Shown: positions 58,527-64,000 of the stretch, one piece after another | How the letters are laid out: each line of letters begins with the position of its first letter | Position numbering within the stretch: position 1 is the stretch's first letter | Assembly (NCBI GenBank): GCA_048772705.1 | Contig: JBLWGC010000104.1 | Location: 124,001-188,000, forward strand | Direction: 5' to 3' | Length of the DNA stretch: 64,000 nucleotides | Source of the DNA: Leidyana gryllorum EB-2025a | Taxonomy: Eukaryota; Protista; Apicomplexa | Notes under the pieces: generated by a model | Told to the model about the DNA's origin: nothing | Database searches by the model: none | Seen by the model: the letters and a program-made list of their open reading frames with translations, nothing else | Position numbers and translations under genes: made by a program

Positions 58527-59203
58527 TATTGTTATCGCTGGTTGGCTGGGATCGTTGAACTATGAGGAGCTATCAGAAGAGGACCTGAAGGTGATTGATT
58601 TGATCTGTGAAGACCAACTCTTGAATGTGGATTGTTCATACTGTCTGACTGCGGAAGTAAATGCATTTCAGTTATGTGGATGGTGTCCTGCAACAGGTGA
58701 CCTCTTTTTTGATACGTTGTGCCCACATTGCTGTTGCAGCCAAATGTGTCAATACACTACGAAGTGCACCTGACTGCCCTGCTGTTGTGTTATCGGGGGC
58801 GGCTGGATTGATGGAGTGTCCAACTGATCCGACCCAGTGGGGTCACTACAGCTGCGGCGCCAGTCAGAATCAGAACTGCGCTGTGTGTCTGAATGATGCC
58901 GCCTGCTCCTGGTGCGAGCCGACCCCGGAAGCCGAGCTACGCGGCGAGGTTGGCCACTGTGTGCATTTGGGATCCACCGATGTGTATTGCAACGGCTCCA
59001 TTCTATCGGAACCCATGTCCTGCCCGCTCTACAAACCCGCCGTGGAGCTGTTAGACAAAGGAGCGTTGGCCACGCCAGGAAGAATCTTGTTGTATGCAGT
59101 GGTCGTTCCTTTTGCACTTGTGACATTACTGCTCGTGTTTGCCAGGACGATTGCATGGTTTACTTCGCGCTACCGGTTACGACATCAACCTTCCTCGACT
59201 TAA
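58516..59203 (+). CDS. Single-pass membrane protein with two PSI-like Cys-rich domains (start uncertain)
   Basis: C..CSYCL...CGWCPATAKCV and NCAVCLNDAACSWC...GHC after removing one intron; C-terminal TM ILLYAVVVPFALVTLLLVFA. Confidence 0.7.
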
Positions 59204-59249
59204 AGTGCCAAAAGTATCTATAGAATTTTTTCTGCCCCTTATAAAAGAG

Positions 59250-61125
59250 ATGGCGGACCCCTGCCCCTTGTGCATGGAACCATTCGTCGAGAGCGACCGA
59301 GACTTCTACCCGTGTCTTTGCGGCTATCAGGTACGTCTTATTGCCCCTGGACCCGCTTCATCCCCCAATTTCAGGTGTGCTTATGGTGCTACGATCGGAT
59401 AACCAAAAACGAGTCCAATCGCTGCCCGAAATGCAGACGAGAGTACACAGGCGAGCGATACGACAAGGCTGATACCGCCGCCAAAGATAATGCCCCGGAA
59501 GAGGGACCTACTCCCAGAACAGCTGCCTCCGACCACGAAAGCTCTGACCGGAATAGCTCTCAAACAAGGTCCACCATCTCGTCTGCCCACGCTGGCGTCG
59601 ACTTGCGCGATATCCGGGTCGTCAGACGCGAACTGTGCTATGTCGTCGGCCTCCCGCCAGAGGTTGTCCACGACGAGCAGGAACTCCGCGATTTCAAATA
59701 TTTGGGCAAATATGGAAAGGTCGAGAATGTCATCGTCAACCGAAATCCCAATTTCAAGGCCCCAGACAAGAAGAAAAGCTGTGCGATCTATGTTACATAT
59801 GAACGGGAAGCTGACGCCAAAGCTGCCATCATGGTAAGTACAATGTCTTCGTCTTTTCCATGCACACTACACTCTGCACGACTTGGTCCGCGCACAGTGC
59901 ATACTTACGCATGATCATAATTCAGTCCATCTCGCATTCGTCCCTGAATATATGCCCCAAAGAGGAAGTCTACCAATATACCGTTTCTTTTCAGGACCTT
60001 GACGATTCGACGTACGATGGCCGGCATTTACGAGCGAGCTACGGAACCACCAAGTACTGCAGCAGTTTTTTGAGACGCACAAAGTGCTCCAACCGTAACT
60101 GCTTCTATCTGCACAAGAAGGGCCGAGACGAAGACTCCTTCACTGTGGCACAAATGAACCAGGTCAAGGAGCAACACAGGGGCCTGACTTGCTCCGCTCT
60201 GCTCCCAAACGAGTTTGAGAAAACAGAGTGGAAGTCGTCTCGCTGCCTCTTCGGGCTGACTCGAGAAGAAACCATTCGGTACTTTGTCGAGGACGTCTAT
60301 GGTTCAATTCGGCCGCCTCTGGTCACAGTGGCAGCCGAGGTAACCGAACTGAGACGGCTGCGCCCAGGTCGCGGCACTCTCAACTTGTTGGACCACCCCA
60401 TGCCCACGGCGTACGCCTCAGACGAGGACTCACCTCCTCTGGGCCTGACTCCAGCAAGAAGCATTGACAATGACCAATCTCCCGCCCTCGGCCCCCAAGT
60501 CCGCCGGATGGGACTGCAAGTGTCTTCCCACCCCCTCAAGTACAGCCACGCAGTTTTGACCCCTCCTCCTGGCACCATAGCCAGTTTTGAGGATTCGCCA
60601 GACGGGTCCACACACGAGGGCCGGGAAGACACAGTTCCGTCAGAAAAGGACGTAGATGAGGAAGGGGTAGCAGTAGTGGGTGAAGAAGAAGACACAGTCG
60701 CTCGAAAAGGCGACGAAAAGGAAGAGGACGATGAAGACGACGAGGAGGTGGAAGAGGTGTACGACTTTTGGAATCTCGCTAGCGAGATAAACCTGGACGA
60801 TGTGGCGGAATTTAGTGAGGTCGGCCCCACTGAACTGAATCCAACACAACCGTCGAGTCTTCTGAACGTCTATGTCACCCCAGCCGACAGCCGATCGGTC
60901 TGCAAACACCCAGCGATCCTGCGGTTGGAAAAGGAGCTTCGCGAAGCTCAGGCACTCTCAGAGACTTTCGATCCCCCTCCAGGTTTGGAACACTACGCAG
61001 CTCGCCCTGCTGCAGAAAAGCAGCAACAGCAGGTGCGTGGTTTATACAAACCTGCGACGGCGCCATCGTATCCTCCCTTTCACCAATCTCTCAATTCGGC
61101 TCCTGCGATGAGGCTCATCTCGTAG
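59250..61125 (+). CDS. NOT4: CCR4-NOT subunit NOT4 (C4C4 RING + RRM + C3H1)
   Basis: CPLCME...FYPCLCGYQVCLWC...RCPKCRREY; RVVRRELCYVVGL; LRASYGTTKYCSSFLR..C....CFYLH. Confidence 0.95.
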
Positions 61126-62065
61126 CTCGCGGGATGGTAACCATCCATATATATATAATGAAAGAGCTCCACTAGTACCTTATTCCTTCTTCAAATTCAC
61201 TTTGACCTTTTCGCAATGGTATTTCTTCGCCAACGCAATCGAACATCTCAGTCTTCATTGATTGTTACGCTTCATTCGTGCGCTAGCCACCGTCTTTTGT
61301 GTCGCTCTCCAGCCAAGCACTCGTCCGTCAACTCTCCTAACATATACTTGGCGACCAATCGGTAATCCGTGTTTAATTATCAAGTGTGAGGCACGCACCC
61401 GGCGGGTGTGAGAGAGAGGGGGACATGAATATAGAAAGGAGCATCAGCTTCGGCGATGCGGAGGAGGGATCAGCCGTCTATACGACGTGGATAGAACGTC
61501 TTGAAACGATCAATGTATGCAGACCAAAGTGCAACTCCTGCTGTGAGGTTTATGACAAACTCGGTGGTTGATGACTGTGAACAATCGGAGGTGACCGCCA
61601 GGGTGTTCTGGACGGACAGCGTCGACCAGAGAAATGAAGAAGGTTGGTTGGCATCACAAGTGAACACATGAAAGGCCCTAAAGCTCTCAAAGAACTGCGT
61701 GCAGCACAACGAGAAATTGTGTGCTTCGGGAGACACACCCTTAAATTCCACTGAAAGTGGGATATAGACAACGATGCATAGGTATATGTTGCTGCAAAGG
61801 AGAATGCGGATGTGACTGAGGCCTTTATTAGATTGGCGCTTACCTTTGATGGAGCATTCCAACATTTCTACCATTTGCCACCAATGCGCCCTGACAGGCC
61901 GTGTGAGTCGCCGCGGGAGGGGCGTTGGCTACATTAATTGCCAACTAAGGATCAGCTCTCCGCCAACTTCATCTTAGCAGCGACTTTCGTCGATTCCCGA
62001 GTGATCAGACTTTACTCGCACTGGGGTTTATACTTTACAAAGAGTGATATAGGCCGCCATTCCGG

Positions 62066-62632
62066 TCACGTGATTCGCAACGAGTGGCAGACGGGTGGTT
62101 TGGCTTTCGTGCGTTCGCAGGGTTGTCGAAGGAGGCCATCGCCGATGAGAACATAGTCGGTATCACGCCAGCGGAGCTTGAAATGGGTGCCTTTCTTGAG
62201 AAGTCGGACAACTCGTGGTTTGGGATGTTGCTTCTGCACCATCATGAGTTGCTCAGTTTCATCAACGATAACGCCCTGGACGTTGAGATATGAGGGATTT
62301 TTGGAGGCGATGATCTGAACAACAGCTCCAACGAGCTCGATTTTGCGTAGAAAAGTGAGGACCAACGGGGGTGAGAGGCTTCCGAGCGCTTGGTTGGCAA
62401 AGTGTACCCAGCTCGAGGTGAGGAAGTCGATGCTCTTCTGAGTGAGGGGCGCTGGTTGAGTTCTAATTAGGGGGGGTAATGTGTGGTCCTTTTTTCGGAT
62501 AGTGGGCTGGGAGGTGGAATCTTGTTGTTGATTTGGGTCATTTGGTCGTCTGTTTCCCAACCATAGACGGGTATGGTGACTTTTGCGAGTGGCGAAAGCT
62601 TGTTCGTTCTGAGCAGTCAGGAATAGACTCAT
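62066..62632 (-). CDS. POP4: RNase P/MRP subunit POP4/Rpp29
   Basis: ELVGAVVQIIASKNPSYLNVQGVIVDET...KKGTHF....IGDGL..PCER. Confidence 0.88.
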   Translation of the reverse strand: MSLFLTAQNEQAFATRKSHHTRLWLGNRRPNDPNQQQDSTSQPTIRKKDHTLPPLIRTQPAPLTQKSIDFLTSSWVHFANQALGSLSPPLVLTFLRKIELVGAVVQIIASKNPSYLNVQGVIVDETEQLMMVQKQHPKPRVVRLLKKGTHFKLRWRDTDYVLIGDGLLRQPCERTKAKPPVCHSLRIT

Positions 62633-62673
62633 TGATTTGGAAGGAGAAAAAAAGACTATCCTTAACTTGGCTC

Positions 62674-63862
62674 TTAGTTTTTGACTATCTGCACTACATC
62701 CTCATCACACAAGACGTGCTCCTTGCCGACCTGCGTTGGATGAAGGGTAAAATACGCTTTGGGGACGTACCTTTTGGGGATTGTGTTTCACAGATTCCCC
62801 CCAGACCAGAGCGTATTTGAACTCGTCTAGGAGTTGTTTGTGGATGCGGAGACAAAAGTCTGCGATGGTGGTCTTGCCTCTCTTGAGAATGACGGGTGCG
62901 TTGTAGTCAGGGATTTGGCCTCGCGGTTTGGTGTAGATACGGACGAGATCGAGATAGGCCCAGATTCGTTCCACGAGTCCGTCGAGATTCCACTCCAGAT
63001 GTGCAGAAATAGGGACGTAGTGGGGGCACTTGGACAGGAGGTCCAATTCTTCAATGGTGATTTGATCTATCTTGTTGAGTACGTAGAGGCAGGGGATATA
63101 AATCCGGTTGCCTTCAATGACATCGATGATATCATCAGCAGTGGCGTTGCATCGAATGTTGAAGCTCGCGTTCGACACTTTGTACTCGTGGCAAATGGAC
63201 TTGATGGTCTCTTCGTCAATGTGTTTGAGGGGCACCGTACTTGTGACATTGATTCCACCCTTCTCCTTCCGTTTAAAGGTGATATTGGGCGGCTCCTTGT
63301 TGAGACGGATTCCAAACCCTTCCAACTCACGCTCAATCAAGCGCTTGTGCGTCAGAGGCTTCATCGAATCCAACACAATCAAAATGAGCCCACAAGTACG
63401 GGCAACGGCAATGACTTGTTTACCACGACCCTTGCCGTCTTTAGCCCCCTCAATGATACCCGGAAGGTCAAGCAGCTGGACCTTAGCGCCCTTGTAGTGA
63501 AACACACCAGGCACACAAGTCAAGGTTGTGAATTCATAAGCTGCTACTTCCGAGAATTGACCCGTCAGCTTTGTCAGCAAAGTCGATTTTCCGACAGAAG
63601 GGAAACCAATAAGGCCCACACGGGCATCTCCAGTCTTCATAACATCGAAACCCTCGCCACCACCGCCTCCACGTCCGGTGCCTCCATCTATCTGTACTCA
63701 CGTGTATATTGGAACCACCTCTTTATTCATTCAACTTACGAGCTGCTGACGAAGTTTGGCGAGTTTAGCCTTGAGAAGACCGATATGGAAGTTTGTCGCC
63801 TTATTCTTCTGGGTACGGGCGATTTCACCCTCAATCTCGGCAATCTTGGCCAGCGTGCTCAT
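62674..63862 (-). CDS. DRG1: Developmentally regulated GTP-binding protein (DRG1/Rbg1)
   Basis: [65 protein letters not shown] domain [20 protein letters not shown]. Confidence 0.97.
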
Positions 63863-63894
63863 CTTGTGCTACTTAAAAAAATTCAACTCCACCC

Positions 63895-63984
63895 ATGTAC
63901 GATGACGCTATCGGCACAGCTCCTTCAATCAACAATACCGAGTCCTCCACCACTTTAGAAAACCGTCAATTCCAATGCCCTGAT
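63895..63984 (+). CDS. Probable first exon of a gene divergent from DRG1 (continues beyond window)
   Basis: ATG 32 bp from the DRG1 ATG, open frame ending at a GTAAGT donor. Confidence 0.45.
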
Positions 63985-64000
63985 GGTAAGTGCGCTCCCC

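Noticed and set aside
59901-59994. ATACTTAC as the start of a U1 snRNA gene
   Set aside because: Not followed by CTG, U1 stem-loops or an Sm site; better explained as a local antisense to the donor
62834-63958. Long antisense ORFs (374 aa here; also 55587-56741, 47417-48349, 53773-54591, 17636-18406)
   Set aside because: Shadows of well-supported genes on the opposite strand
1-64000. Stop-codon reassignment, selenocysteine or frameshifting to explain broken ORFs
   Set aside because: Breaks in all recognised genes resolve with canonical GT-AG introns, and TAA, TAG and TGA all terminate conserved proteins
1-64000. Introner-like mobile introns or transposons
   Set aside because: Introns share no extended sequence similarity, terminal repeats or target-site duplications; no transposase or reverse-transcriptase ORF seen

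Overview
Eukaryotic, extremely gene-dense genomic DNA (about 30 protein genes in 64 kb, both strands, standard genetic code). Most GT-AG introns are ~40-60 nt, so the six-frame ORFs are mostly exon fragments. A clear Kelch13 orthologue points to an apicomplexan/myzozoan, and the highly divergent proteins fit a gregarine-like lineage (inference). Recognised genes: NBP35 (3' part), an F-box protein, VPS53, prefoldin 3, a CNNM transporter, ATR, BTF3, an HRD1-like RING E3, a qRRM+LOTUS-like RNA-binding protein, an MscS channel, AP-4 beta, delta-COP, MPP alpha, an MCTP-like C2 protein, NOC2, Kelch13, MGMT, an acidic repeat protein, an ERD2-like receptor, WDR75, RPL18, LTV1, roadblock, TRM10, a PSI-domain membrane protein, NOT4, POP4 and DRG1. 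No tRNA, rRNA, CRISPR array or transposon was found. Highlights: (1) start codons only 20-65 bp apart head-to-head, sharing an A/T-tract element; (2) a class of oversized introns (160-380 nt) that fold into hairpins, several able to pair with their own 5' splice site; (3) a recurring small GUGUGU-GCU-N-GGAG-ACAC hairpin; (4) an unrecognised 11 x 27-aa repeat protein; (5) a Kelch13 lacking both the C532 and C580 equivalents; (6) domain loss in delta-COP, eL18 and NBP35. Gene models were spliced by eye and family calls are from remembered motifs, not database searches.
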